This document shows, piece after piece, positions 44,439 to 56,533 of a stretch of 64,000 nt of DNA. Every line of letters begins with the position of its first letter. The stretch's first letter is position 1. The notes beneath the pieces are model-generated. The model did not search any database, had not been told where the DNA came from, and was given only the letters and a program-made list of their open reading frames with translations. The position numbers were made by a program, and so were the translations under genes. The DNA comes from Gammaproteobacteria bacterium (GTDB lineage Bacteria; Pseudomonadota; Gammaproteobacteria; Steroidobacterales; JABDKV01), in the NCBI GenBank assembly GCA_029862165.1, contig JAOTXU010000005.1, positions 31,102-95,101 on the forward strand, read 5' to 3'.

Positions 44439-45359
44439 CTATTGCACGTCTGGCTTTTTGTTTGTTTTACCTGTCGTTGAGATTTCAACGTCACCACTCA
44501 TCGTTTCGATTTGAATGCGGCTGGAACCCTTACCCTCGGTCAATTCAAGCCTGCTGCCGGGAGCGTACTTGCTGGTTCGCTTTGCTTTGTAATCTAGAAC
44601 CGGATCGATGTCGCCGCTGAAGCTTTCAACGTAGTACTCGGTATCGTATAAGTTCTCGAGGTTAAGGTTCACGTCGCCGCTGACAGACTCAGCGTCCACT
44701 CGCCCGCCTTTTTCCAGGTCTCCACTGCAATCCAGATCGCCGGACACGCTCTTCATATCCAAACGTGAGAATTCGGTGGCGTCGAGTTCGATATCGCCGC
44801 TGACACTTCTGGCACTAATTTCACCGGCGACATCCGTCACCTCGACGTCTCCACTGACGGTGCCGACCATAAGGTTCGACGCAGAGTTGTTTCCTTCGAT
44901 AATAATTTCGCCGCTGACGGTTTTTGCGTCGACATCCTCCCCAAAGACCTGGGTTTTCAAATCACCACTGACAGTCTTAAGCCTTTGGACGCCTTTGATG
45001 TCGCGAACTGTAAGATCGGCACTGACCGTGCTTACAGAGACACGAGTCGAGTGCGGCACACGAATGACCAGATCGCTAGACTCAAGATTTCTGTGTCTTT
45101 TCCGCCCGTGGTTTTTAAATTCAACCTCGACAACGGCGGTATCGTCATCGACATCAAAGATGAGCGTTGAGTCGTCGCCAAGTTTTCCGGTGACTTCAAT
45201 CCTTTTGTTTGACCAGCCTTCAATGTCAACTGTCCCGGCCACGTTTGATACCTTGAGTTTGCCATTCGGCTTCATGTTGGCCTGCTCGTTAATTGTTTCG
45301 CTACTGATTGCAGAGCAGGCGAAGAGAGCCAGCAAGGGGATATGCAGGTAAATTTTCAT
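44439..45359 (-). CDS. DUF4097-like beta-strand repeat protein
   Basis: Signal peptide; many [TS]VSG[DE] repeats. Confidence 0.8.
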   Translation of the reverse strand: MKIYLHIPLLALFACSAISSETINEQANMKPNGKLKVSNVAGTVDIEGWSNKRIEVTGKLGDDSTLIFDVDDDTAVVEVEFKNHGRKRHRNLESSDLVIRVPHSTRVSVSTVSADLTVRDIKGVQRLKTVSGDLKTQVFGEDVDAKTVSGEIIIEGNNSASNLMVGTVSGDVEVTDVAGEISARSVSGDIELDATEFSRLDMKSVSGDLDCSGDLEKGGRVDAESVSGDVNLNLENLYDTEYYVESFSGDIDPVLDYKAKRTSKYAPGSRLELTEGKGSSRIQIETMSGDVEISTTGKTNKKPDVQ

Positions 45360-45901
45360 GTTTCAATCTCATCCGGCAGCGTCAAAGCCACCCTGTTAAT
45401 GTTCGACAGCAGTCCAAGTTCCTGCTGATAAGTGGTGTAAAGCAACTGATGTAAAAAGCCGTTGTTTGGATCTGCATCCAGCGCCATACGAATCTCTGCG
45501 AGACTTTCGTGAATCTCCAGCAGGTTAGCACTGACCTTTCTGCGGGTCTTTGGTGACAAGCGCATAAGGTTGTCATCCAGCGCTGCAGTCAACTCCTGAC
45601 GTATCTGCACCAATTCGGCATCCTGCACGTAAGGTCGTGCCGGTTCGGTTATCACGGCCGCGATCCGGTCCGGACTCACATCTGCCCGGTTGGCCACCGT
45701 CCAGGTGATCGCCGATGACAACACAGCAAGCGCCAAACCGGCCGCCAAGGCAATGGGCCAGACCGATGACCTGCTAGAAGGCTTCGACTGTATAGCCGGT
45801 GTCAGTCGTGATGCAATTACCGGCCACAAATCCCGATTCGGATTGATTTCATCGGGGAGTGCCGCGGCACGCTCCATCAGGGGATCATTTCTATCGTTCA
45901 T
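45356..45901 (-). CDS. Putative single-pass anti-sigma factor
   Basis: LP..I.P.RDLWP.I..RL N-terminus, one TM, ALDADPNN helical C-terminus; directly after ECF gene. Confidence 0.65.
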   Translation of the reverse strand: MNDRNDPLMERAAALPDEINPNRDLWPVIASRLTPAIQSKPSSRSSVWPIALAAGLALAVLSSAITWTVANRADVSPDRIAAVITEPARPYVQDAELVQIRQELTAALDDNLMRLSPKTRRKVSANLLEIHESLAEIRMALDADPNNGFLHQLLYTTYQQELGLLSNINRVALTLPDEIET

Positions 45902-46464
45902 GCGTCCAGCCTTGCGCGTAACAGTTTTCTGGCGCGGTGTACTTGTGCTTTGCAGGTGCCGACTGCCAGTCCCAGCGTGTCGGCAATTTCTTTGTGTGTG
46001 TAGCCATAAACGGCATAGAGCACGAAAATTTCCCGGGCGCCGCTTGGCAAGGTTTGCAGGGCGTCTTCCAGGTCCATGTTTGTGCCGGTATCGCGGCTCT
46101 GCAGATCGACGTCTGTGCCGGTCGGCAGCTCGTTGACCAGCTCCAGGTGGGTGCGCCGCCGTCCCTCACTACGATGACGGCCTAATACTTCATTCACGGC
46201 GATGCGATGTAACCAGGAGCTAAAGGCACTGCGCCCCTCAAAGCGATCGAGTTTCTGCCACGCACTGACAAAGGCGGCCTGTGTGCAGTCTTCAGCTATG
46301 CCACGATCCGCCGTCATGCGCAGACACACCGCATATATCTTGCCGACGGTGGCACGATAGATTTCCTCGAATGCTCCGACGTCTCCGCCAACGGCTCTCG
46401 CTACTAACGCAGCCTGTGGGTTGGCGTTTTGATGGGCGGGCTTCATTAGTGCGACGGCGGCCAA
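45898..46464 (-). CDS. ECF sigma-70 factor
   Basis: GDVGAFEEIY, AEDCTQ, FSSWLHRIAVN, LP..AREIF, GYTHKEIA..LG..GTCKAQVHRAR; start TTG 46464 or ATG 46446. Confidence 0.9.
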   Translation of the reverse strand: MAAVALMKPAHQNANPQAALVARAVGGDVGAFEEIYRATVGKIYAVCLRMTADRGIAEDCTQAAFVSAWQKLDRFEGRSAFSSWLHRIAVNEVLGRHRSEGRRRTHLELVNELPTGTDVDLQSRDTGTNMDLEDALQTLPSGAREIFVLYAVYGYTHKEIADTLGLAVGTCKAQVHRARKLLRARLDA

Positions 46465-46509
46465 GAGCTGATCCTCATTTTGGACGATCTCACAGATTCC
46501 ATGCCCCTG

Positions 46510-46538
46510 AGATGCGTCCTATGGATCAAAGGTTTACA
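46510..46538 (-). promoter_or_regulatory. Candidate ECF-type autoregulatory promoter
   Basis: Minus strand TGTAAACC-N15-GCATCT upstream of the ECF gene. Confidence 0.45.
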
Positions 46539-46543
46539 CCCGG

Positions 46544-48067
46544 CTAGCCCAAATCGAACTTGATTCCCTGGGCCAGCGGGAGTTCGCTACCCCAGTTGAT
46601 CGTATTGGTCTGCCGGCGCATATAGGCCTTCCAGGAGTCTGAACCAGCCTCGCGGCCACCACCGGTCTCCTTTTCGCCGCCAAATGCGCCACCGATCTCG
46701 GCGCCCGACGTGCCGATATTGACGTTGGCAATGCCGCAATCGCTGCCGGCGGCAGACAAAAATCGTTCGGCATTTTGCAGATTGTCGGTGAAAATTGCCG
46801 ATGACAGCCCCTGTGGGACCTGATTTTGCATGGTTATAGCTTCATCCAGATCGCTAAAGCTAATGACGTACAGGATCGGTGCAAAGGTCTCGGTCTGCAC
46901 GATGTCCCAGTCATTCCTGGCCCGCACGATAGTCGGTTCAACAAAATAGCCCGGGCGGTCCAGCGCCGAACCACCGGTTAGTATCGCGCCGTCGCGATCG
47001 CGTACTGCCTGCACGGCGTCGCTAAAACGCTCGACACTGGGTGCGTCGATCATCGGTCCCATCAGCGTCTGTGGGTCCAGTGGATCGCCAATGCGCACTT
47101 GGCCGTAGGCCTGCACCAACTTGTCGGTGAGATCGTCGACAATTTTCTCGTGCGCAAGCAATCGGCGAGTCGTAGTACAGCGTTGGCCGGCAGTTCCGAC
47201 CGCACCAAAGACTATGCCCGGCACGGCGATCTTCATATTGGCATGCTGGTCAACGATTAAGGCATTGTTGCCACCAAGTTCCAACAGACTGCGTCCCATG
47301 CGCGCGGCGACCCGCTCACCCACCTGGCGACCCACCGCACAGGAACCGGTGAACGAAACCAGATCAATACGCGTATCGTCGACGAAGTGTTGTGCTAATC
47401 GATTATCTTTGTCGGTAAACAAGGAGAATATTCCGGGGAATCCGTTTTCGGCCAACGCGCGGTTGCAAATCTGCTGCACAGCGACGGCGCACAGCGGAGT
47501 TTTGGGTGATGGCTTCCAGATACAAACGTTACCGCACACCGCAGCGATGAAAGCGTTCCAGGCCCAAACAGCCACCGGAAAATTAAAAGCGCTGATAATT
47601 CCGGTAAGGCCAAACGGATGCCACTGTTCATACATGCGGTGTTGTGGGCGCTCCGAATGCATAGTGTTGCCATAGAGCATGCGTGACTGACCGACGGCAA
47701 AATCGGCAATGTCGATCATCTCTTGTACTTCGCCATCGCCTTCGGCCTTGATCTTTCCCATTTCCAACGAAACGAGACTGCCCAGTGGATCCTTGTACTG
47801 ACGTAACGCATCGCCGGCCAAGCGGATCGCTTCACCACGACGTGGTGCAGGTACGGTTCGCCACAGTTCGAAAACGGTGCGCGCCTCGTTGATCACGCGT
47901 TCGTAGTCTGCATCAGTCGTTGACAGCACGGAGGCAATTTCTTCCTCGCTGGCCGGGTTAATAGATGCCAGCACGCCACCGCTGTCATCGTTCGACCAGC
48001 CTGACACGGCGGTACAGGTACCGGGATTGAGTGATTTCAGCCCTAGTTGATCCAGGATGCTTTTCAT
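46544..48067 (-). CDS. Aldehyde dehydrogenase, ALDH7/piperideine-6-carboxylate dehydrogenase family
   Basis: [56 protein letters not shown]. Confidence 0.88.
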   Translation of the reverse strand: MKSILDQLGLKSLNPGTCTAVSGWSNDDSGGVLASINPASEEEIASVLSTTDADYERVINEARTVFELWRTVPAPRRGEAIRLAGDALRQYKDPLGSLVSLEMGKIKAEGDGEVQEMIDIADFAVGQSRMLYGNTMHSERPQHRMYEQWHPFGLTGIISAFNFPVAVWAWNAFIAAVCGNVCIWKPSPKTPLCAVAVQQICNRALAENGFPGIFSLFTDKDNRLAQHFVDDTRIDLVSFTGSCAVGRQVGERVAARMGRSLLELGGNNALIVDQHANMKIAVPGIVFGAVGTAGQRCTTTRRLLAHEKIVDDLTDKLVQAYGQVRIGDPLDPQTLMGPMIDAPSVERFSDAVQAVRDRDGAILTGGSALDRPGYFVEPTIVRARNDWDIVQTETFAPILYVISFSDLDEAITMQNQVPQGLSSAIFTDNLQNAERFLSAAGSDCGIANVNIGTSGAEIGGAFGGEKETGGGREAGSDSWKAYMRRQTNTINWGSELPLAQGIKFDLG

Positions 48068-48198
48068 CGGTCGGGTCTCCAAGGTGACATAAACGCCCTG
48101 ACGGCCTTCTGGGGTGGGCGACGATTCTGCCAAGACGAGGCCACATATGCCACTACTTGATTGCGCCCCGGCCAAGCGGTCGATAGCATGACGCGACC

Positions 48199-49578
48199 AT
48201 GACACGAAAACCGGCACAATCTGACTGGCACCCCGCAACCTGGCAGGCGCAAACCGTAAGCCAGCATCCACTGTATCCGGATGCCGCGGCGGTTGAGTCT
48301 GTCGTGGCGTCACTTAGCCGTTTGCCACCCATCGTTACCAGTGGCGAGATCCTCACGTTGAAGCGGCAGCTTGCAGAAGCCCAACGCGGCGAGCGATTTC
48401 TGTTGCAGGGAGGCGACTGTGCGGAGAACTTTGACAATTGCACCTCAGACGCTATCGCTAACAAACTCAAGATCCTGCTGCAGATGAGTGTCGTGCTGCT
48501 GTACGGTCTCAAGAAACCGATCATTCGGGTAGGGCGGTTGGCCGGACAGTACGCCAAGCCCAGATCTGCGGATTCAGAAACACGAGATGGCGTCACGCTG
48601 CCGAGCTATCGGGGGGACCTGATTAATCGGCATCCCTTTACGATGGCTGATCGTGTGCCGGATCCGAGTCTCATGTTACGCGGTTACGAGCGTGCGGCAT
48701 TGACGCTAAATTTTGTGCGAGCCCTGGTCGATGGTGGGTTTGCCGATTTGCATCATCCGGAAAACTGGGATCTTGCGTTCGTTCATCATTCGCCAGTCGC
48801 TGAGCACTATCATCAAATTGTTCACGCGATATCTGAGTCACTCGATTTTTTCGAACTCGTGTCCGGACAGACGGCGACCAGCGGAACCGAACGCGTCGAT
48901 TTTTATGCCAGTCATGAAGGCCTGCATCTGCCCTATGAGCAGGCACAAACACGTTTCCTGGAAAAACGCCGGGGTTGGTTTAATTTGTCGACCCATTTTC
49001 CGTGGATAGGTATGCGTACCGCCGATGTCAGCGGTGCACACGTTGAGTATTATCGCGGCATCCAGAATCCGATCGCAATCAAAATCGGTCCGGCCATGAG
49101 TGCAGAGTGGTTGCAGGAATTGATTGCCATTCTCAATCCGCAAGGCGAACCGGGTCGTCTTACTTTGATATGCCGTTTTGGCGCTAAAAAAGTGGAGCAG
49201 GGCTTGCCGGCAATGATTCAGGCCGTGCGGGCCACCGGCTCACCTGTGTTGTGGAGTTGTGATCCCATGCATGGCAACACGGAATCGACGGCAACTGGTG
49301 TTAAAACCCGTCGTTTCGACAACATACTGGCTGAAGTGCAGTCATCGTTTCGTGTGCACAGAGACATGGGCAGCTACCTCGGTGGCGTACATGTTGAGCT
49401 CACGGGCGAAGATGTTACTGAGTGCACGGGTGGTGCGCGTGGTCTGACGGAAACAGACCTTGCACGCGCCTACAAGTCAACAGTAGATCCGAGGCTGAAC
49501 TATGAACAAGCCCTGGAACTGGCCCTGAGCATCGCTCATGCGCGTGGCCAGCCGGTTGGATCCCAGTCGACGCGCTAG
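48199..49578 (+). CDS. Class II DAHP synthase
   Basis: [50 protein letters not shown]. Confidence 0.93.
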   Translation: MTRKPAQSDWHPATWQAQTVSQHPLYPDAAAVESVVASLSRLPPIVTSGEILTLKRQLAEAQRGERFLLQGGDCAENFDNCTSDAIANKLKILLQMSVVLLYGLKKPIIRVGRLAGQYAKPRSADSETRDGVTLPSYRGDLINRHPFTMADRVPDPSLMLRGYERAALTLNFVRALVDGGFADLHHPENWDLAFVHHSPVAEHYHQIVHAISESLDFFELVSGQTATSGTERVDFYASHEGLHLPYEQAQTRFLEKRRGWFNLSTHFPWIGMRTADVSGAHVEYYRGIQNPIAIKIGPAMSAEWLQELIAILNPQGEPGRLTLICRFGAKKVEQGLPAMIQAVRATGSPVLWSCDPMHGNTESTATGVKTRRFDNILAEVQSSFRVHRDMGSYLGGVHVELTGEDVTECTGGARGLTETDLARAYKSTVDPRLNYEQALELALSIAHARGQPVGSQSTR

Positions 49579-49593
49579 CCGGGCAATGGAATA

Positions 49594-49626
49594 GAAAAGG
49601 GGGCCGCTAAGCGACCCCCTTTTTTC
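49594..49626. terminator. Bidirectional Rho-independent terminator
   Basis: AAAAGGGGGCCGC-taa-GCGACCCCCTTTTTT between convergent genes. Confidence 0.8.
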
Positions 49627-49645
49627 GTAATAGCCTTTGTTGTTG

Positions 49646-51205
49646 TCAGTCTGATGCCGCCCGGGCGAGGATTTCTCCTCGAGTGAGTGCGTAACCGGGG
49701 CCATTGAAGTTCCACGCCGCCAGTTCATTGAACAATCTGGATGCCTCGGCTGGGTTACCAGCTTTGTCATTTGCAAGCGCGAGGTGATATTTGGTGTACA
49801 TGTTGTTCACGACATCGCCGGCCGCCAGGCGTTTCGCGGCCCCGGCGAAGTCTCCCTGGTAGAAGTCCGACATACCCAGTATCTCGTGCATGCGTTCAAG
49901 TTTGCGCGGATTGGTATTGGTCACGGAATGACGTTCGAACGCGGCGGCATTGGCCTGTGCGCCCTCCGTGTCGCCCATGCGGGCGGCCAGCATGCCTTCA
50001 AGAAACGCGATATTGGCCTCCTGCGCACTGCTAAACTCAGGGGTCCCCACGTCCTCGGCCTGTTGGCGCATAAGTGCGGCGGCCTGGGCGATCACACTGT
50101 TGGCGGTATCGCTATCACCGGTATGTGTGGCGACTAGTGCGGCGCTTGTTAGCGCGTTGACTTTCAGATCGGTCGTGCCCTCCCTGGTCGGGTCGGCGCC
50201 GGCGGCGAGTGCGCGGAGTTCAGAAACGGCTGCTCCCGGCTTCCCTTCGTGCAGATTGACATAGGCCTTGAACACCAGGAAGAACGGTCCGGCGTTTGTA
50301 CCCCTGGCATCTTCGAGTTTGGCGGCGCGCGTGTAATCGGACCGCGCCTCGTCGTAGTTACCGAGAAATGAGTTGACGTGCCCGCGTTGCTGTAGCGGTG
50401 AGCCATTGTCGGGAGCAAGTTCGGCTGCACGTGTGTAGTCGTCGTAAGCGGCCTTGAGGTTACCTTGTGCACGATGGACGTCACCCAGAAGATCGTGAGG
50501 ATTCTGCTCATTGGGCTCCAGCGCAACGGCTTTTTTGATGTGCGCCTCGGCCTTGTCGTAGTTCTTAGGCTCAAGGAACATATAGGTGTTGCCGAGCTGC
50601 AGATGCCCCAACACAAACTTGGGGTCCAGCGAGATCGCCTTGTCGAGCGCTTTGACGGCGCCCGCCGTATCATTCTGGTTTCCGTGTGCTAAAGACTGCA
50701 CAAACCAGGCACGCGGAGAATCCGCCTGCAAGCCAGTCAGTTCCTTTGCGGCCCTTAATTGACCCACCTGGTCGGCGTCAAACGCATGCTCGTATACGCT
50801 GATCATCAACTGCTCAGCCTTGCTTGCGCCCGCTGCATGTTCGCTAGCTTTTTTGAGGCTGTCGGCAAACCCTTCGGTCGACGCGGCCGTCACTGCTGTC
50901 ATCAAATGCGCGATCGCAAATGATGGATCGGCTGTAGTTGCGGCAATGAAATGGTTTTTGGCGTCATTATTCCGGCCTACTTCATATGCTGCCCAGCCAT
51001 CCATGTAATGCTTGCGCGCATCTGCAGATGCGGTCGTTGCGGCGAGTTTCATTCCGCCTGGCGCCGGTGCCTCCTTTTTTACATCGGCTTTTACATCGGC
51101 TTTTACATCGGCGGGCGTAGTCGGCGTTGCCTCCTCTGTCTGCTGCGCGCAGCCAGACACAATCGCCAGAGCCGCAAACACGGCCATCAAGAATCGGGTA
51201 TTCAT
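49646..51205 (-). CDS. TPR-repeat lipoprotein
   Basis: IVSGC lipobox; TTAS..AR..Y..G, ADPSFAIAH and several TPR units. Confidence 0.78.
   Translation of the reverse strand: MNTRFLMAVFAALAIVSGCAQQTEEATPTTPADVKADVKADVKKEAPAPGGMKLAATTASADARKHYMDGWAAYEVGRNNDAKNHFIAATTADPSFAIAHLMTAVTAASTEGFADSLKKASEHAAGASKAEQLMISVYEHAFDADQVGQLRAAKELTGLQADSPRAWFVQSLAHGNQNDTAGAVKALDKAISLDPKFVLGHLQLGNTYMFLEPKNYDKAEAHIKKAVALEPNEQNPHDLLGDVHRAQGNLKAAYDDYTRAAELAPDNGSPLQQRGHVNSFLGNYDEARSDYTRAAKLEDARGTNAGPFFLVFKAYVNLHEGKPGAAVSELRALAAGADPTREGTTDLKVNALTSAALVATHTGDSDTANSVIAQAAALMRQQAEDVGTPEFSSAQEANIAFLEGMLAARMGDTEGAQANAAAFERHSVTNTNPRKLERMHEILGMSDFYQGDFAGAAKRLAAGDVVNNMYTKYHLALANDKAGNPAEASRLFNELAAWNFNGPGYALTRGEILARAASD
51077..51112. 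repeat. Perfect 12 bp tandem repeat x3 (in frame, ADVK)
   Basis: TTTTACATCGGC three times. Confidence 0.9.
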
Positions 51206-51426
51206 AATTTCTCCAACATTAGTCAAAACAGTGCGCACCGTGCCTGCCAGGGTCCCCCTGCTGCCGGCGATGCGGGCCGCACATTCTGGGGCAATTCCAG
51301 AAAAATTGCCCGTGAAAATGGGGTTGGAGACCGGGTCAGGGAAATTTCGGCCGAAAAGTAGGTTGACGATCAGGGCGACATCGCTGGCCCGCCAGGCTGC
51401 CGGGCTAAACCCTGGGAAGCCAGGAG

Positions 51427-52314
51427 CTAAACGCGAAAATCCCTTAACTCGCCGAGCTTGGTGGCGACAGCATCCACCGACAGCCTACCTGCCGCGATGG
51501 TCTCATCTGCACGATGAAAATCCATCAGCTGGATGTCATCCACGTGGGGCGCAATCTCGACAAAAGGTGGTTCGCCGGCCATGCGACTGCGCGTAATACG
51601 TTCCTGCATAATGCTGATCGATGCATTGACGACATCGAAGATTCCCGGTTCCGCCTCGCGACTGCGAAACAACGAGCCCAAGACCCCGGCCAGCTTTTCA
51701 AAACGTTTCAGCTCACCGTCATTTCCTTCGGCCCTGAGTTTGGTTGCAACCAAATGCCGGCGCGACGCAAGGTGGGCGTTCAGGTTTACGGCAATAACGA
51801 CGTCGGCGCCCATCGCATAACAAAGCGAAACCGGTACCGGGTTGACCAAGCCGCCATCGAGCAGCCAACGGTTATCGTGACGGGTCGGTGCAAACAGCCC
51901 CGGCATTCCGCAAGAAGCGCGCACTGCCGATAAAACACTGCCTTCGCGTAACCAGATTTCGCGCCCGGTAATCAGGTCGGTAGCAACGGCACCATAGCCT
52001 GTGGCGAGGCTTTGGATGTCATGATCGCCAAGTTGTTCGCCAACGGCGCTCATAATTCGGCCACCGTCCATCACGCCACCACGAAAGCGGGCGTCGAGCA
52101 GACCGAATACATCCATGCGTGTCAGGCCACGCACCCATTGTTCCAATATGGGTAGCTGATTACTGGCGTAGGCAGCACCGACCAGTGCACCCATAGAGGC
52201 GCCCGCCACAACTTGAGGATAAATATCGCGCTCAGCCAACCCGTGCAGGACGCCGATATGCGACCAACCGCGGGCGGCGCCGCTACCGAGCGCAATGCCG
52301 AGTTTTACCGCCAT
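51427..52314 (-). CDS. Patatin-like phospholipase, RssA family
   Basis: GSGAARGWSHIG, GASMG, DGGLVNPVP, ITRSRMAG. Confidence 0.88.
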   Translation of the reverse strand: MAVKLGIALGSGAARGWSHIGVLHGLAERDIYPQVVAGASMGALVGAAYASNQLPILEQWVRGLTRMDVFGLLDARFRGGVMDGGRIMSAVGEQLGDHDIQSLATGYGAVATDLITGREIWLREGSVLSAVRASCGMPGLFAPTRHDNRWLLDGGLVNPVPVSLCYAMGADVVIAVNLNAHLASRRHLVATKLRAEGNDGELKRFEKLAGVLGSLFRSREAEPGIFDVVNASISIMQERITRSRMAGEPPFVEIAPHVDDIQLMDFHRADETIAAGRLSVDAVATKLGELRDFRV

Positions 52315-52504
52315 TGTGGGGAATGATTTGCGCGGCGATGGTGCATCGCGGCATTCTAACCCATCTGAGCTAGACAAACTAAACCCCTGAGCAATATGAA
52401 GAAAACTGCGACCCAGTTGACAGACTTCTTGGTATCGCGCCGCACAATGGGTCTAATGGCGGCGATTTCCGCACCATCAACTAACGCATTATCGAGGCAC
52501 TGGA

Positions 52505-53779
52505 ATGACAAACGATTTACAAAAGGAGTGGCGTCGCAACGCCCGTTGGGACGGCATTAAACGACCGTACGAAGCAGCCGACGTGGAACGACTGCGTGGC
52601 ACCGTGGCGATCGAGCATACGCTTGCCCGGCGAGGTGCGGAACGACTCTGGTCCCTGATGAAACAAAAACCGTTTGTTAACGCGCTAGGTGCGCTGACGG
52701 GAAACCAGGCCATGCAACAGGTCAAGGCTGGACTTGACGCAATTTATTGTTCTGGGTGGCAGGTTGCCGGCGATGCCAACCTGTCCGGACAAATGTATCC
52801 GGACCAGTCTCTTTATCCGGCCGATTCGGTACCGGCGCTGGTGCGCAGAATTAATAACACCTTGCGCCGGGCAGATGAAATACATCATGCCGAGGGCGAT
52901 GACAGTGTCGAATGGTACGCGCCGATCGTTGCGGATGCCGAGGCAGGTTTTGGAGGTGTACTCAATGCTTTCGAACTGACCAAGGGCATGATCGAAGCAG
53001 GTGCTGCGGGCGTGCACTTCGAAGACCAGCTTTCATCGGCGAAAAAATGTGGCCACATGGGCGGGAAAGTCCTGGTGCCGACGACCGAAGCGGTCAGCAA
53101 ACTTGTCGCGGCGCGATTGGCGGCCGATGTGTGTGGTGTACCGACTGTCATCATTGCTCGCACCGATGCTGATGCAGCAAATCTGTTGACCTCGGATATA
53201 GACGAATACGATCGCCCGTTCATTGAGGGTGAGCGGACTGTGGAAGGCTTTTTCCGCGTGAACGCCGGTCCCGATCAGGCAATAGCACGCGGCCTGGCAT
53301 ATGCGCCCTATGCGGACATGGTGTGGTGCGAAACATCCGTACCGAACATGGAGCAGGCGCAACGCTTTGCCGATGCGATCCACAAGGAATATCCGGACAA
53401 GATGCTGGCGTACAATTGTTCGCCATCGTTTAACTGGCGCAAAAATCTGGACGACAAATCTATCGCGCGTTTCCAGCAGGAACTGGGTGCGATGGGTTAC
53501 AAGTTCCAGTTCGTAACGCTGGCCGGTTTTCACGCGCTTAACCACAGCATGTATTCCCTTGCAACAGACTACAAGGAACGTCAAATGGCTGCGTACGTGA
53601 AACTGCAAGAAGCGGAATTCGCGGCAGAGGACGCCGGGTACACGGCGACGCGTCACCAACGCGAAGTCGGTGCCGGCTATTTTGACGCAGTCACCCAGGT
53701 AATCAATGCCGGTCAATCGTCTCTCACGGCGTTGAAAGGCTCCACCGAGGAAGCACAGTTCGACGAAGCCGCCAGCTAG
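52505..53779 (+). CDS. aceA: Isocitrate lyase
   Basis: [46 protein letters not shown]. Confidence 0.97.
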   Translation: MTNDLQKEWRRNARWDGIKRPYEAADVERLRGTVAIEHTLARRGAERLWSLMKQKPFVNALGALTGNQAMQQVKAGLDAIYCSGWQVAGDANLSGQMYPDQSLYPADSVPALVRRINNTLRRADEIHHAEGDDSVEWYAPIVADAEAGFGGVLNAFELTKGMIEAGAAGVHFEDQLSSAKKCGHMGGKVLVPTTEAVSKLVAARLAADVCGVPTVIIARTDADAANLLTSDIDEYDRPFIEGERTVEGFFRVNAGPDQAIARGLAYAPYADMVWCETSVPNMEQAQRFADAIHKEYPDKMLAYNCSPSFNWRKNLDDKSIARFQQELGAMGYKFQFVTLAGFHALNHSMYSLATDYKERQMAAYVKLQEAEFAAEDAGYTATRHQREVGAGYFDAVTQVINAGQSSLTALKGSTEEAQFDEAAS

Positions 53780-53863
53780 GCATAATTTCAAATCACTCTT
53801 GCGCGGATTGTATTGTCGTCTATGCTCGATAAGCGACGAATATCGTCATCACAGGAGAGACAA

Positions 53864-54241
53864 ATGAGATTCAAACTACTGGGTTTCTTGCTGGGAATTT
53901 GCGTTTCTGGCCCCGCCGCCGCCGATTTGTTTCTGGTTAAGACCGCCGACGGCCCGGGTTTCGCAGGACCGGACCAGGCCATCGAAGTGCTCGAGAAAGG
54001 CATCCTGCCGACTTTTGCCGCACTGGCGGAGCTCAAGGCCAAGAAAAAGATTGTGGCCGGCGGGCTGCCCGTCGGGTCGCGCACCCTGTATTTGATTATC
54101 GAGGCCGATAGCAATGACGAGGTCGATCGCATCCTGCGCGGCCTGCCGGCCTGGGGCGTGTTTTCCTGGAAAGTGATGCCCTTGCAAAGTCTCGAGGGGC
54201 GGGCGGAAATGGAACGACAAATTCTCAAATCCCTGAAGTAA
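53864..54241 (+). CDS. Dimeric alpha/beta-barrel protein (muconolactone isomerase/YCII-like) with possible signal peptide
   Basis: GG..G.R..IIEADSNDEVD..L..LP.W....W.V.PL; AGGAG RBS. Confidence 0.55.
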   Translation: MRFKLLGFLLGICVSGPAAADLFLVKTADGPGFAGPDQAIEVLEKGILPTFAALAELKAKKKIVAGGLPVGSRTLYLIIEADSNDEVDRILRGLPAWGVFSWKVMPLQSLEGRAEMERQILKSLK

Positions 54242-54346
54242 ACTAAGCAGCGTAAGAAAGTTCTGGCGCTGCGCGGAGGGCGTCGTGTGGTGGCGGCTTA
54301 GCCGCCATTCATCTGCTATCATGCGCGCGAAATATCGGGAGGACAC

Positions 54347-55696
<1,350 letters not shown>

Positions 55697-55778
55697 CTGC
55701 GTCAAATACTTATACTAAAATTGTGACGATGTGCCGCCTCTGGTGGTAAATTGATCACAGGAGACGAGGTCAGGGATA

Positions 55779-56441
55779 GTGATAACAGTACTGTTAGCCG
55801 ACGACCATACGCTGGTCCGTAAAGGCATTAGAAAAATATTGGAGGGCGCCGGTGATATCGACGTAGTCGGTGAAGCCGCATCCGGTGAGGAGGCACTTGA
55901 GCTGGTTGAACAGCTTAAACCGGACATCTGTGTCATGGACAAATTCATGCCAGGGATGGGGGGCTTCGAGGCTTCCCGGCGAATTCTGGCCCGTGGCAGT
56001 TCCAAGATCATCTGCCTGACCGTCTACAGCGATATGCCGCTGCCACGCAAAATCCTGGAACTCGGTGCCCACGCTTATCTGACCAAAGACTGCGCTCCGG
56101 AGGAGATCATCGAGGCAGTGCGTCTGGTTGATCGCGGGGAGCGATACCTGGCACCAGTGATAGCCCGGCGGCTTGCAGATGAGACTTTGCTCCGCGGCGA
56201 TAACGAGTCGCCGATGAATACGCTGTCGGAACGAGAGCTGCAGGTACTCTTGCTGATTACCCAGGGCGACAGCACCCAGGCTATTTCCGACAAGCTTTGT
56301 CTCAGCCCCAAGACCGTCAGTACCTATCGCTCGCGGATATTCCAGAAGCTCGACGCCGACAACAACGTTGATCTGGTGCGTCTGGCCATGCGTTATGGCC
56401 TGCTGGATCCGGAGCCGCCTCCGCTGTCTACAGTCGATTAA
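55779..56441 (+). CDS. uvrY: UvrY/GacA-family response regulator
   Basis: REC plus LuxR HTH (LSERELQV, LCLSPKTVSTYR); upstream of uvrC-pgsA. Confidence 0.8.
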   Translation: MITVLLADDHTLVRKGIRKILEGAGDIDVVGEAASGEEALELVEQLKPDICVMDKFMPGMGGFEASRRILARGSSKIICLTVYSDMPLPRKILELGAHAYLTKDCAPEEIIEAVRLVDRGERYLAPVIARRLADETLLRGDNESPMNTLSERELQVLLLITQGDSTQAISDKLCLSPKTVSTYRSRIFQKLDADNNVDLVRLAMRYGLLDPEPPPLSTVD

Positions 56442-56533
56442 TTTTTAAGATCTTAACCACTATTCCTCAGACGGTATTTAGGTCCCGGGCGGCCCGGTGT
56501 TCGCCACCCGGCCTAGCCGTTAAAGTACTGGGC

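Noticed and set aside
55722-55759. CRP-like half sites upstream of uvrY
   Set aside because: TGTGA and TCACA are not at N6 spacing and each partner half is poor
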